A stretch of DNA of 64,000 bases from a virus (lineage: Duplodnaviria; Heunggongvirae; Uroviricota; Caudoviricetes): IMG/VR virus record IMGVR_UViG_3300025000_000058. The stretch is one strand, 5' to 3'. The notes below the pieces were generated by a model. The model did no database searches. It was given only the letters and a program-made list of their open reading frames with translations, and was not told the origin of the DNA. A program made the position numbers and the translations under genes. Positions 49,173 to 59,113 of this stretch are shown one piece after another; the stretch's first letter is position 1; every line of letters begins with the position of its first letter.

Positions 49173-49438
49173 TTCTGGCTGTATAATTTGTTCACAGGTA
49201 CTTTCTATCCTAAAGTTTATTTACTCTTGAATATGAGCCACCACAGCGATTCTGGTGTCATTCTATTTTTAAAATTTTTCATAATCAGCTTGTGCTTTTT
49301 CAAACTCTGCTTCACAATTATTACATTTAAAATATAAACTATTACGAGTATTTAAATTATATTCATCTTTGTCAATGTCAACATTATTAGAATTGCAACA
49401 TGGACACACTACAACTACCATTTATTATCACAACCTCC

Positions 49439-49741
49439 TTAATGACTTTCCATCATTTCATCAAATGTTAAATACGATTTAACTTCTTTATTTATTGCAC
49501 CGCAATGTTTACATTTAGAACCAAATGTTAATTCATATCTTTCATTCAATTCAATCTGTTCAAGAATCTTACTTACTTCTTCAACAGATAAATTATCACT
49601 ACTCAATATTTCAATATCATCAGTGTCCATTTTTTTAATACCAACCAGAGGTCTTGGTAGTTTTTTTCCGCATAATGAGCAATTGCCTTGTTTAAGTTTA
49701 TTTTTGACTTTTTTCTTTTTAGTGGTTTTACTTGTAGCCAT
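49439..49741 (-). CDS. Zinc-binding hypothetical protein
   Basis: CSLC and CKHC motifs; strong SD. Confidence 0.6.
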   Translation of the reverse strand: MATSKTTKKKKVKNKLKQGNCSLCGKKLPRPLVGIKKMDTDDIEILSSDNLSVEEVSKILEQIELNERYELTFGSKCKHCGAINKEVKSYLTFDEMMESH

Positions 49742-49781
49742 TATTAATCCTCCTCCTTATGATTTACATGTTATTAATATA

Positions 49782-49973
49782 TTACAAACATAATATATAG
49801 CTTATCGCATATGATATTCCTGCACCTGCTGGTATACCTAACCCCCAAGCTATGCATATATTTTTCCATAATGAATTTCTAAAATCTAATTTAAACATTA
49901 TTAATAATGGCATTAAGCCACCAAAAAACATTCCAGTTAATACATTAATGGTAGTAAGTGTATCGTTGTCCAT
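49782..49973 (-). CDS. Small membrane protein with 2 TM segments
   Basis: Two hydrophobic stretches. Confidence 0.6.
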   Translation of the reverse strand: MDNDTLTTINVLTGMFFGGLMPLLIMFKLDFRNSLWKNICIAWGLGIPAGAGISYAISYILCL

Positions 49974-50001
49974 ATTATCATTCCTTTTTTAATTTTTGCT
50001 T

Positions 50002-50235
50002 TTATATATCTTTACCTAAGTTAAATGAAACACCACATTTATTACAACTTATTGTAATAGATATATTTGTTACAGTACCCTCACAACGACTATATAAATA
50101 ATCAAAATCAAAATTAATATTTCCAATATCTACTCCATCATCTTTAACTTCATAGTTTATATCGTCATTTAAATCAATTTCTTCACCACAATTATCACAA
50201 ATTATTTTTAAATGTTTTTCTTTACTATTATGCAT
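50002..50235 (-). CDS. Zinc-ribbon protein
   Basis: CDNC and CNKC motifs. Confidence 0.6.
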   Translation of the reverse strand: MHNSKEKHLKIICDNCGEEIDLNDDINYEVKDDGVDIGNINFDFDYLYSRCEGTVTNISITISCNKCGVSFNLGKDI

Positions 50236-50315
50236 TTTTAATCTCCTTTCATTATTATATATATGTTCTCCATAAAGCCCCTTAGATTACTCCAAGGGAC
50301 TCTAACAAAACATAT

Positions 50316-51350
50316 TTATGCACTTCTCTTATTTGCTATTTTAAAAGCATTGTAAACATTTGTTAATTCCTTAATTCTAATAGCTACGTTTGCTACTTTG
50401 GTACTTCCTGCACTAGCTCCACTCCCATATGCCCCACCAACTTGATATGTTTTGGGATTAAAAAAGTCCTTCATACATTTAGCAAAACTTTGTGGACTTA
50501 ATCCTTCTTTGTCTGCTTTAACTGCCATCAAGAATATAATTGGAGTATGAACCTTTTTCAAAAATGTTTCTTTTGTGGGAAACGCTTGATTCAAATATAT
50601 TGTTGTATCTCTGATTAAATCATAATTTTCTTTAGAGTATTCATTATTTTTAATATCTGCAACGAATTCAGAAATAGCTTTGCTTGATAAATCAACCGCT
50701 TCACCATTATTAGCAACCATAGCCATAATTTGCAGTATCATTTCCTGATCAACAAAACGATTTCTTGCTTTGTCACTCATATTAACACTGGTAAAGAAGA
50801 ATGGATTTTCTGCTATCTCAGTAACAAATTCCATTATACCACTGCCAGCAGATACCCTTGTGAGTTCCATCTTTGTTAAAGATACTCCATTATTCAAGCG
50901 TAAAAACATTTCATCTCTTTCTTCATCACTCATGTTCTTGAAATAATATATAGTAATGTGTGTACTGGATATTGCATCTTGTACCTGCTCAGGAAATTCT
51001 GAAAACTTTTTACCTGAAATATCGAATTTTTCTTCTACACCATCCATATTAGCAATATATACTTTTGGTGTATTTTTTGCTATTACAAGCTTATCAGCAT
51101 ATAACTCGCCGATAGTAGTTAAACGCTGTTTCCCATCAATAACCCAAAATTCATTGTCGCCAAAATCTTGTACGAAAACTGGTAATATCGGATAATCAGT
51201 AGCTAAACTATGCACAAACAATGATTTTCTCATATCTTTTGCTTCATCCCAAACTAGATTTCTTTGAATTGCTAAATCAAAACGAAACTTATTAATGTTT
51301 TTCCCTATTGCCTTAACTGCCATTGGTCTGTTTGTTTTTGTAAATGCCAT
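50316..51350 (-). CDS. DUF262 (ParB/GmrS-like) domain protein 2
   Basis: IQRNLVW, FVHSL, VIDGKQR, FLRLNNG; promoter TTGACT-17-TAGAAT near 51424-51452. Confidence 0.85.
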   Translation of the reverse strand: MAFTKTNRPMAVKAIGKNINKFRFDLAIQRNLVWDEAKDMRKSLFVHSLATDYPILPVFVQDFGDNEFWVIDGKQRLTTIGELYADKLVIAKNTPKVYIANMDGVEEKFDISGKKFSEFPEQVQDAISSTHITIYYFKNMSDEERDEMFLRLNNGVSLTKMELTRVSAGSGIMEFVTEIAENPFFFTSVNMSDKARNRFVDQEMILQIMAMVANNGEAVDLSSKAISEFVADIKNNEYSKENYDLIRDTTIYLNQAFPTKETFLKKVHTPIIFLMAVKADKEGLSPQSFAKCMKDFFNPKTYQVGGAYGSGASAGSTKVANVAIRIKELTNVYNAFKIANKRSA

Positions 51351-51481
51351 TATAAAAATCCCCCTTATTATTATTTTTTATTTTTATGTAGTAATGCTTT
51401 CTGTTCAATTTCTAACTTAATACATTCTACCATAGAAATACTTTACAGTCAACTAATATTTTAACTTTATCAATATTAATT

Positions 51482-51896
51482 TTATAATTTATATGTTTTA
51501 GATATTTTATCCAATTCTTTATTCCCTTTAACATGCTCATTAATCCATACTCGTTTACCTGATTTAAGATTTCTCCAATGCCCTCTAACTTTCCAAGATT
51601 CAGTATGTCTTTCTATTTGTTTTTTCTTTTTGTTTTCTATTCCATCAAGGTTGACTTTATAGATAGACTTTTGTTATAATTTTTTCATTGTATACTATAG
51701 AAGCAATAGATCTTATTATATCCCCTTCTTGCTTAAAATATTGCCTGTAATTATTCTCATATATTATAACTCCTTCGGTTAATACAGGCATAAAATTCCT
51801 GACTAATTCTTTATTATTATCTCGCCATGTGAGCAATTGTTTTATATCTTTATTGTTAATTATTATTTTATCTATTGCATCATATTTAATACTCAC
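51482..51896 (-). pseudogene. Disrupted phage protein of the VRGHWR...KSGK.VWI family
   Basis: The 79-aa frame stops at 51657; the +1 frame continues KSIYKV...WKVRGHWRNLKSGKRVWINEHVKG to TAA at 51482. Confidence 0.6.
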
Positions 51897-52004
51897 ATTA
51901 ATACTCCTTTCATTATATAGTTAGTGGTGGGGCTTTTTATGCTAACCCCAAGCATTTTATCAATTATTATTAAATTACTATTGTTACTTTTGCCCAATAA
52001 TACT

Positions 52005-52253
52005 TTACAAAGAAGGTTGTTGTAACATAATATAAAAGGCATCTTTCTTCTTTGATTCTCCAACCCTAATATTATTACTCTTATTAAACTTAAAGATTTC
52101 TCCATTTTTTGATGAATTGTTGTTTTGGAATCTAATATGAACCTGTGTTTTAGTTATTCTAACTACTTCATGAGCTGATCCTAAGTTAATGTCTGCACCA
52201 AATTCAGTAAACTTAAATATTGAAACCTTTTCCCCAATAATTAAATTATTCAT
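52005..52253 (-). CDS. Hypothetical protein (82 aa)
   Basis: SD GGAGGA. Confidence 0.55.
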   Translation of the reverse strand: MNNLIIGEKVSIFKFTEFGADINLGSAHEVVRITKTQVHIRFQNNNSSKNGEIFKFNKSNNIRVGESKKKDAFYIMLQQPSL

Positions 52254-52339
52254 CTAAATATATTCCTCCACAACCCTCTTTCTGATTTTTTATACATCTC
52301 AGATACCTCGCCAAGCGCACTAGGATTCGATTCTAGCAT
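52250..52339 (-). CDS. 29-aa small ORF coupled to the next gene
   Basis: SD AGGAG; its stop overlaps the next start (ATGA). Confidence 0.4.
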   Translation of the reverse strand: MLESNPSALGEVSEMYKKSERGLWRNIFR

Positions 52340-52409
52340 GGTTAAATCTCCTACAGGTATAATCTATCCTGATTTTCTGAAACAGCCTCCTACAGCACCA
52401 TATAATATT

Positions 52410-52472
52410 TTACTTCAATTCCCCTCTACATGCTGACCAAATCAATATTATTAATGCTAATACCCAACCCAT
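52410..52472 (-). CDS. 20-aa hydrophobic peptide MGWVLALIILIWSACRGELK
   Basis: SD AAGGAGGT directly after promoter TTTACA-17-TATAAT (52486-52514). Confidence 0.5.
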   Translation of the reverse strand: MGWVLALIILIWSACRGELK

Positions 52473-52771
52473 AACATACCTCCTTATTATATAATATTTA
52501 TTGTAAATTGTAAATATATTTTGCTATGCTCATGTATATTTTATGTTCCACAGTTTAATTATATACATGAGCCAAGCAAAATATACTTGTTATATTAATT
52601 TACATAAAAATATAATTTTGTTAATAGCCAAAATACAGTAAATGATATTATACTTGTTGTAATAAATGGAAACTTATCAAAAATCAACATTAGATATAAT
52701 AATGGTTTGTTTTTGTCTGCAACGTAAATATAATTCTTATAATTTTTCATAATTAAAATCCCCTTTTATCT

Positions 52772-53308
52772 TTATGCACTCATTAATAATTCTTCTGCTA
52801 TTCTTCTAATCATGTAAAATCCTAAAAAATGTTCATATCTACCTCTATCACATGCTCTAGGATCATATATAATATTACCAGAATTATCAAAATTTTCTAC
52901 TTGTCTTTGCCCTACTTTATGACTCCATGTACCATTTATATTTTGTCTATACCAATGATAATCAGTACTACTATATGCAAATGCTACTTTCCAACAATCA
53001 ATATCATCTACGTATTCTTCATATGTTGATTCAATCATTTCATAACCTATATCATTTAAATCTTTTTTCGCTAAGTCTATCAATATATGAAAATTATCAT
53101 AAACATTTTCATTTCTACCTTCTTTTCTTTTGCCACCTAAATATCCTGGCTGGCAATGAAGATAATCTCTATATTTTTCTTTTGTATAAGGGTTAACTGG
53201 TTGATTAATGGCATATGTGTAACAATTATTATATTCATATGGCATAAAATTTTTATTATCTATTTGCAATCCATTGTATTTATTGTTATTATTTAATAAT
53301 AATGTCAT
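52772..53308 (-). CDS. Hypothetical protein with putative Cys-His dyad (papain-like?)
   Basis: NNCYTYA ... DYHWYRQ...WSHKVG. Confidence 0.5.
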   Translation of the reverse strand: MTLLLNNNNKYNGLQIDNKNFMPYEYNNCYTYAINQPVNPYTKEKYRDYLHCQPGYLGGKRKEGRNENVYDNFHILIDLAKKDLNDIGYEMIESTYEEYVDDIDCWKVAFAYSSTDYHWYRQNINGTWSHKVGQRQVENFDNSGNIIYDPRACDRGRYEHFLGFYMIRRIAEELLMSA

Positions 53309-53322
53309 TATTACACATCTCC

Positions 53323-53907
53323 TTATTCAATTATTAATGATTCTCTTTGTCCTTTAGATAAGTACCCTTTTTCTTCTAAAAACTTATATAAGCTTCTAAG
53401 AAAAATTATTCTGCCTTGATTATTTTGTTCCTTTGCAATTTCTGCATTTTTTATAAGTACATTTTTCCAGTATTCTTTATCAAATATACCATTACTTGTT
53501 ATTGTGTTAGATTCTAATGACTCTTTTTGTTTATTTGTTAAATAACCTTTTTCGTTTAATTGTTTTAATAAAGACTCATAATAATCGGTTTTTCTATTAT
53601 TTGTTTTTGCTTCATTGATTTTCTGTTCTAATTTATTTCTTAACCTTTTTATTTCTTTAGCTTTTTCCTTTGCTATTTTAAGTGCTAAAGAATGTTTAGG
53701 CATTGTCCAATCTAAATTTCTAACACATTCACTGCCAACAACAATAATTTCTCCTGTGTGAACATGCTTCATTTCATATTCATATCTAATTCTGTGACCG
53801 CACCCAGGATTCTCACATTTACCAGACATCGCACCTAAATCGTTGCAAACACCAGTCCATTTATAAACCGAGTTTTTTGATTCTTGATTGTTGCTTTGAT
53901 TATTCAT
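53323..53907 (-). CDS. Hypothetical protein with N-terminal metal-binding motif
   Basis: CENPGCGH...GSECV; internal repeat FYESLLKQLNEKGYLT / FLRSLYKFLEEKGYLS. Confidence 0.6.
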   Translation of the reverse strand: MNNQSNNQESKNSVYKWTGVCNDLGAMSGKCENPGCGHRIRYEYEMKHVHTGEIIVVGSECVRNLDWTMPKHSLALKIAKEKAKEIKRLRNKLEQKINEAKTNNRKTDYYESLLKQLNEKGYLTNKQKESLESNTITSNGIFDKEYWKNVLIKNAEIAKEQNNQGRIIFLRSLYKFLEEKGYLSKGQRESLIIE

Positions 53908-53992
53908 TAACAACACCTCTTTATTATATTTTGTTCTTTATAATATCTATTAATTTATGTATAAACATTATAAAAAACAATTAATATTTTAT

Positions 53993-54023
53993 ATTCGTTG
54001 GAGTAATAAAACAACTCCAACGA
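53993..54023. terminator. Hairpin downstream of the helicase gene
   Basis: ttcgttggagt/actccaacgaa, 11 bp. Confidence 0.6.
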
Positions 54024-54032
54024 ATTATTAAA

Positions 54033-55946
54033 TCAAGCCATTTGTTCTTTTACTTCTTCTAAATTTAATCCCTGCATTTCATTAATAAAAGTATAACCAT
54101 CAATTTCTTTTCCATTATAAAATTGTAAACTTGATACATACAACAACTCAATGGCCCTTGTTACAGCTACATATGCAAGCCTTCTTTCTTCTTCAACACC
54201 TATATTGCCTAATCCGCACCCATCAGCTTTAATGTGCGGTAATAAGCCATCACATACACCTGCAACAAACACAATTGGGAATTCTAAACCTTTGCTTCGG
54301 TGTATCGTCATTAATTTAACTGCATTTGTTGTTTCTTTGTTATTTTCAGCTTGTTTTACTAATTCAATGTAGGCTAAGAATGATTTTACTGTTTTGAAGT
54401 TTGTTATTGACATTGATAAACTATTTAAGTTTTCCAATATGTCTTTCTGTTCTTCTACATTTAATTCTTCTTCGCCAAGCATGTGCTTATCGTATCCACC
54501 TTGAATGCGAATATAATCAACCATTTCAGCAGGAGTTTCAAATTCTTTAAGCTTATTAATGAGAGAATAAAATTCACTACCTTTTTCTGTTCTTTTTGAT
54601 TTTGATTCAAATGGTACTGCTTCGACTAATGAAATACCTTTTTTCGTACTTCTGACAGTAACTTTATCAACAAAAGTATTGCCTAAATACCTTGTTGGAG
54701 TATTAATAACTCTTTTAAAACTATCATAATCATTATCATCAATTATTAAAGTAAGATAAGCAATTATGTCCTTAATTTCTTTCCTGTTATAAAACCCTAA
54801 CCCTCCAACAATCACATATGGTATACTTGCTTTTATTAATTCATCTTCAATTGCTCTGCTTTGGCTATTTGTACGATATAATACTGTAATATCCTTTTCA
54901 CTGTATCCTTCTGCCAATAAAGCCTTCATTTCATTTACAATTGCTTCACCTTCGGCATTTTCATCAGCATAATGGTTATAAACAACATCTTTCGTTGATT
55001 TTTTATTTGCTCTAGTGAAAATTGTTTCTAGCACTTGGCTAATATTGTTTTTAATTAAACAATTCGCTATATCAACAATACGCCCTTGACTTCTATAATT
55101 AGTGTCAAGATTGTAAATATTTGTTGTACCCCATTGCTGTCTGAAATTTACGATTAATTCTACATTGGCACTTCTAAATCCGTAAATACTTTGTTTATCA
55201 TCTCCTACAACGAAGACATTTTTATTTTCACCTGCCAATAGTTTCAATATACCTTCCTGAGCTGAATTAGTATCTTGGTATTCATCAACAAGAATGAATT
55301 GATATTTTTTTTGGTAATATGCAAGCACTTCAGGATTATCTCTAAGAAGATAATAGCATTCAATTAACATATCATCAAATTCGATAAGTTTTTCTCTAGC
55401 TTTTGCAAATTCATAACCACGATAAAAATACCTATATCTTTCAGGAGAATCTTTTTCATCTGGTAATAATAAATGTTCTTCAGGTGATATTAAATTATTC
55501 TTTTGAAAACCAACCCAACCTTGCATCTCGTTAGGTTTCTTTAATTGATCCCATTTCATAGCTTTAAGTAAATCACTGGCAATTTTTTTATACTTCCACT
55601 TAGGCCCAATTTCATACCATTGCTTAGGACTTCTTGTGTTTTTCCAATGTTCACGCAAAATACTGAAACAAATACTATGGAATGTACCAATTGTTACATT
55701 ATTTGCTTCAACGCCGATTAATTCTACTAAACGCTCTTTCATTTCTTCACTTGCTTTTTTGGTGAATGTTGTAGCTAAGATGTTTTGCGGTTTAACTTTA
55801 CATTGCTTAATTAAGTAAGCAATTCTACTAATTAATACTTTGGTTTTACCAGAACCAGCCCCAGCGATTACTACTGCTGGACTTTTAAAATGTTTTACGG
55901 CTAATAGCTGATTTCGATTTAGCCCTTCTAATATTTTTTCCGACAA
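54033..55946 (-). CDS. pcrA: UvrD/PcrA-family SF1 helicase
   Basis: AGAGSGKT, LVDEYQDT, VGDDKQSIYGFR, NYRS, LYRTN, MTIHRSKGLEF and EERRLAYVAVTRA; TTG start. Confidence 0.92.
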   Translation of the reverse strand: MSEKILEGLNRNQLLAVKHFKSPAVVIAGAGSGKTKVLISRIAYLIKQCKVKPQNILATTFTKKASEEMKERLVELIGVEANNVTIGTFHSICFSILREHWKNTRSPKQWYEIGPKWKYKKIASDLLKAMKWDQLKKPNEMQGWVGFQKNNLISPEEHLLLPDEKDSPERYRYFYRGYEFAKAREKLIEFDDMLIECYYLLRDNPEVLAYYQKKYQFILVDEYQDTNSAQEGILKLLAGENKNVFVVGDDKQSIYGFRSANVELIVNFRQQWGTTNIYNLDTNYRSQGRIVDIANCLIKNNISQVLETIFTRANKKSTKDVVYNHYADENAEGEAIVNEMKALLAEGYSEKDITVLYRTNSQSRAIEDELIKASIPYVIVGGLGFYNRKEIKDIIAYLTLIIDDNDYDSFKRVINTPTRYLGNTFVDKVTVRSTKKGISLVEAVPFESKSKRTEKGSEFYSLINKLKEFETPAEMVDYIRIQGGYDKHMLGEEELNVEEQKDILENLNSLSMSITNFKTVKSFLAYIELVKQAENNKETTNAVKLMTIHRSKGLEFPIVFVAGVCDGLLPHIKADGCGLGNIGVEEERRLAYVAVTRAIELLYVSSLQFYNGKEIDGYTFINEMQGLNLEEVKEQMA

Positions 55947-55968
55947 AATATAACACCTCATTTCATTT

Positions 55969-56184
55969 TTAATAATATGTAAGCTTTGCTAATTCATATC
56001 CTAAATTAAATGTCTGTTGTAGCATTTTAGCAACTCTTTTAGCTATATTATAAGTTTGTCTATGTGTGATTAATTTTCTGCTATTATTGTCACATAAATA
56101 TATCCCAAATAAGTTGCTTTTTTCTTTTACTATTTCAAAATAAGTATATTCTTCCGAAGTAGTATATTTAAATACCTGTTTCAT
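55969..56184 (-). CDS. Hypothetical protein (71 aa)
   Basis: SD present. Confidence 0.55.
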   Translation of the reverse strand: MKQVFKYTTSEEYTYFEIVKEKSNLFGIYLCDNNSRKLITHRQTYNIAKRVAKMLQQTFNLGYELAKLTYY

Positions 56185-56239
56185 TATTTACTTTCACACT
56201 CCTTTTAAATTTAATTGTATTATTTAAAAAACTCCTTCT

Positions 56240-56269
56240 ATTATACACTTAATATTTTGTTGTTGTCAA
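56240..56269 (-). promoter_or_regulatory. sigmaA promoter with AAAATATTA spacer motif
   Basis: TTGACA acaac AAAATATTA agtg TATAAT. Confidence 0.75.
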
Positions 56270-56321
56270 GTATAAATATTAAGTGCATATACAAGGAATT
56301 TATATACGACATTTTAATACG

Positions 56322-56528
56322 TTATATTATGTTATTGTTATTTTTATAACCTTGATAATATTTATTTGTTATTGTAAATAATTTTTTATACTTCTTTGCT
56401 TCTTCAAAACGTCCCATATCTACAGCTTCACAATATAAACGATAATAATGATTTGCAATTCCATAAATAATATCTAATACTCTTTTGTCATTTTGCATTT
56501 CATAAATCAATCTGTAAACATTTGACAT
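56322..56528 (-). CDS. Hypothetical protein (68 aa)
   Basis: SD GGAGGT. Confidence 0.6.
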   Translation of the reverse strand: MSNVYRLIYEMQNDKRVLDIIYGIANHYYRLYCEAVDMGRFEEAKKYKKLFTITNKYYQGYKNNNNII

Positions 56529-56542
56529 ATTAATACCTCCTT

Positions 56543-56764
56543 TTAATATTTATAATTGCACTTTGTACATTTTTCATGCCACATTGTTCTACAATCAAGA
56601 TCAGTTTCAGATATTAATTCTTGCCCACAATTAAAACAGAAACGATAATAATAATGTATTTTTTTATCTGTTATTCCGAACTTTTCTATAAACTTTTTAG
56701 ATTCTTCATCATTAGATAGATATTTTATACTTATTTCAGCTTTTATACTTATTGGTTTACTCAT
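56543..56764 (-). CDS. Zinc-ribbon protein
   Basis: CFNC and CTKC motifs. Confidence 0.6.
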   Translation of the reverse strand: MSKPISIKAEISIKYLSNDEESKKFIEKFGITDKKIHYYYRFCFNCGQELISETDLDCRTMWHEKCTKCNYKY

Positions 56765-56860
56765 TTAATAATAAACCTCCTTTTTTATAATTGCATAGTT
56801 TAATATTACTATTCTTTTATTTAGAGTGTTAAACTACTTTTTTGTGAATGTGGTCTTTTA

Positions 56861-57313
56861 TTAAGTTATTAGATTAATTATATTATTATTTAAATACTTT
56901 CTAATTTGACAAGTTAATTTTTCTCTATACTTACTACTATTAATATTATTAATAAATACTGTTAATTTTTCTTCTGAATCATTAGTAAATACTTTCATAT
57001 AGCATTCTACTAATTCATAAAAATGTTTTTTAATTTGACTAGCAGATGATAGTCGTGTTAATTTTTCTAATGTGCTCTCATAATCATAATCACTATTTTC
57101 ATTATTTTCTTCTAATAGACTCCAACAATCATTCATCACAATTTGAAATTTATTTAATATATTGTTTTTATCTTCTTGAGTTAAGTTGATAATTTGTTTT
57201 TTAAAACAATTTTCATTTATAATTGTATACATATTAATAGTAACAAGTTCTATTATAGATTTATATCCTTCAAAACATGTAGTATCAACTGGAATGTTTA
57301 AATATTTACTCAT
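56861..57313 (-). CDS. Hypothetical protein (150 aa)
   Basis: SD AGGAGA. Confidence 0.6.
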   Translation of the reverse strand: MSKYLNIPVDTTCFEGYKSIIELVTINMYTIINENCFKKQIINLTQEDKNNILNKFQIVMNDCWSLLEENNENSDYDYESTLEKLTRLSSASQIKKHFYELVECYMKVFTNDSEEKLTVFINNINSSKYREKLTCQIRKYLNNNIINLIT

Positions 57314-57447
57314 TTTATATTCTCCTTTAAAATTATTTTTTATAAATTGTTTTTGTTTTAGTTATTATTATAACCTCCTTAATACTTTATATTCTCTATA
57401 ATACCCTTTAATTTAACAGAACCAAAGGGTATTAACAAAATATAAAA

Positions 57448-57630
57448 TTATATTATTTTTCTAAAAAATTTGCCATACCAATAATATTTATTCGGATTGT
57501 CAATAAAATCTATTTTTATTTGTGGTGATACTTCCCATCCATGTTTTTTCATTTTCTCAATATGTTCATTTCTTTCTTCTTCTGAATCATAAATGTATTG
57601 AATAATAGTAACCTCAGAAAATTTTTGCAT
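57448..57630 (-). CDS. Hypothetical protein (60 aa)
   Basis: SD GGAGGT. Confidence 0.6.
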   Translation of the reverse strand: MQKFSEVTIIQYIYDSEEERNEHIEKMKKHGWEVSPQIKIDFIDNPNKYYWYGKFFRKII

Positions 57631-57636
57631 TTTTAT

Positions 57637-59016
57637 TTACCTCCTTCTTCTTTGCGTTCCCCTAGCAAACGCCCTACATGCTCTTGAAAATTCATTCTCA
57701 AATACCACTGTACAATCATCAGCCCTACTTACTTGGTGTACTACTTCATGTATTAATGTATCAAACAATTGATCCCAATCTTCAAGAATTTCTTTTTCAA
57801 TATATATTGTTTGTTCTTTGTGTACGCACAAGCCACTACATTTATTACCATGATCATCATGTAAATTTTCTTTGTAGCGAATTGTATACATTTCAATTTC
57901 CATTGGTGATAAATAATACTTTGTTATAAGTTTTTTAACTTCTTTAATATTGTCTTTTTCTTCTTCTTCTAATTCCCTAACTTTAACATCTTCCCCTACA
58001 ACATCACCATGATGTTGTAGGGTTTTGATTGAATCAAATATACCAAGCTTCTCAAACAATGGAATAATACCACTTACAGGTTTGTCAAGTAAATTATAGT
58101 GTCTATAAAGCACTTGCACATCAGCAGGAGAATTGCTGGCATAACATACTTTACTTCCCCATAATTCTTTTGCTACTGCTTGCCACAATTTGATATTTTT
58201 AGTGTTAAAGTAGTAAGAATCATATGTTTCCATACAACTCTCATTAATATTTAATAATACTGATTTTATTATTTCTTTGTCAATTGTTTCAGATAAAATG
58301 TACTCCCATACATGGTTGTTAATTGTCCATATACTTACAGCGTTTCTGTCTCTATTTGATAATCTTTTACCAACCAGATTATAACCATATAAGCACTTTA
58401 ATTTTAAATCAATTTCAACACCATTGATATACAATTTGTTTGCATCTTTGAGAATCGAATTCTTGGTAAACAAATGTTTATCATTATTGCTGGCACTGAT
58501 AAAACCAAAACAAGCATTAGCTTGATTGAATTCTTCCTCAGAACATTCCAATGAAAATCTACAACCTGCTATTCTATTATTACGATAGATATATAATACT
58601 AATTCTTCACTGCTTAAACTCCCAATCTCAAATTTAGCTTCAATGTCATAACCTGGGATTGAAATTTGAGCATACTTGCCACATTGGGAAGCAACTTTAA
58701 GTGATAATTTCATACCTTCGCCATTCTCACCTGGGCTATTGTTATCTTGACGTTGCTGTGAATTGCCAATGAGTAACATTTCCAATCCAAAACCTTTGCC
58801 ATAATCTTCCCATATTGCAATACCTGTTTGTTTGTCATAATAATGATTGCCATTTTGTCCCAATGTTTGTAAAGCATAAACATAATTTTGTGCAAATTCT
58901 TTGCAAGCATGAAGAATCGTCCAATTTGACAAATAATTGTTTGAAATAATTGTTTCCTTTCTTAAAAATAATTCCATTTGTTCTTGATTGTTGTTGATAT
59001 TTAAAGCTGGTGACAT
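57637..59016 (-). CDS. GHKL-type ATPase fused to a C-terminal HEXXH metallopeptidase-like domain
   Basis: KEFAQN, EDYGKG and GENGEGMK at the N-terminus; TLIHEVVHQ near the C-terminus. Confidence 0.7.
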   Translation of the reverse strand: MSPALNINNNQEQMELFLRKETIISNNYLSNWTILHACKEFAQNYVYALQTLGQNGNHYYDKQTGIAIWEDYGKGFGLEMLLIGNSQQRQDNNSPGENGEGMKLSLKVASQCGKYAQISIPGYDIEAKFEIGSLSSEELVLYIYRNNRIAGCRFSLECSEEEFNQANACFGFISASNNDKHLFTKNSILKDANKLYINGVEIDLKLKCLYGYNLVGKRLSNRDRNAVSIWTINNHVWEYILSETIDKEIIKSVLLNINESCMETYDSYYFNTKNIKLWQAVAKELWGSKVCYASNSPADVQVLYRHYNLLDKPVSGIIPLFEKLGIFDSIKTLQHHGDVVGEDVKVRELEEEEKDNIKEVKKLITKYYLSPMEIEMYTIRYKENLHDDHGNKCSGLCVHKEQTIYIEKEILEDWDQLFDTLIHEVVHQVSRADDCTVVFENEFSRACRAFARGTQRRRR

Positions 59017-59113
59017 AAATGTGAACCTCCTTGTTATATTTATTTTGTTAAAGTTATCTTTATAATATGCATTGTTTTTAATGAATATAACAATGCATAC
59101 AGTAAAAACAACT

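Noticed and set aside
52318-52400. tRNA-like T-arm (CTAGAATCGAATCCTAG) on the - strand, with GGTGCTGTAG upstream
   Set aside because: There is no matching acceptor stem or CCA. The segment encodes an SD-backed 29-aa ORF coupled to the next gene.
981-57929. Many short ORFs antisense to long genes (e.g. 981-1244, 5744-6148, 23308-23754, 25102-25596)
   Set aside because: They lie opposite well-supported genes, have no SD and have shadow-like composition.
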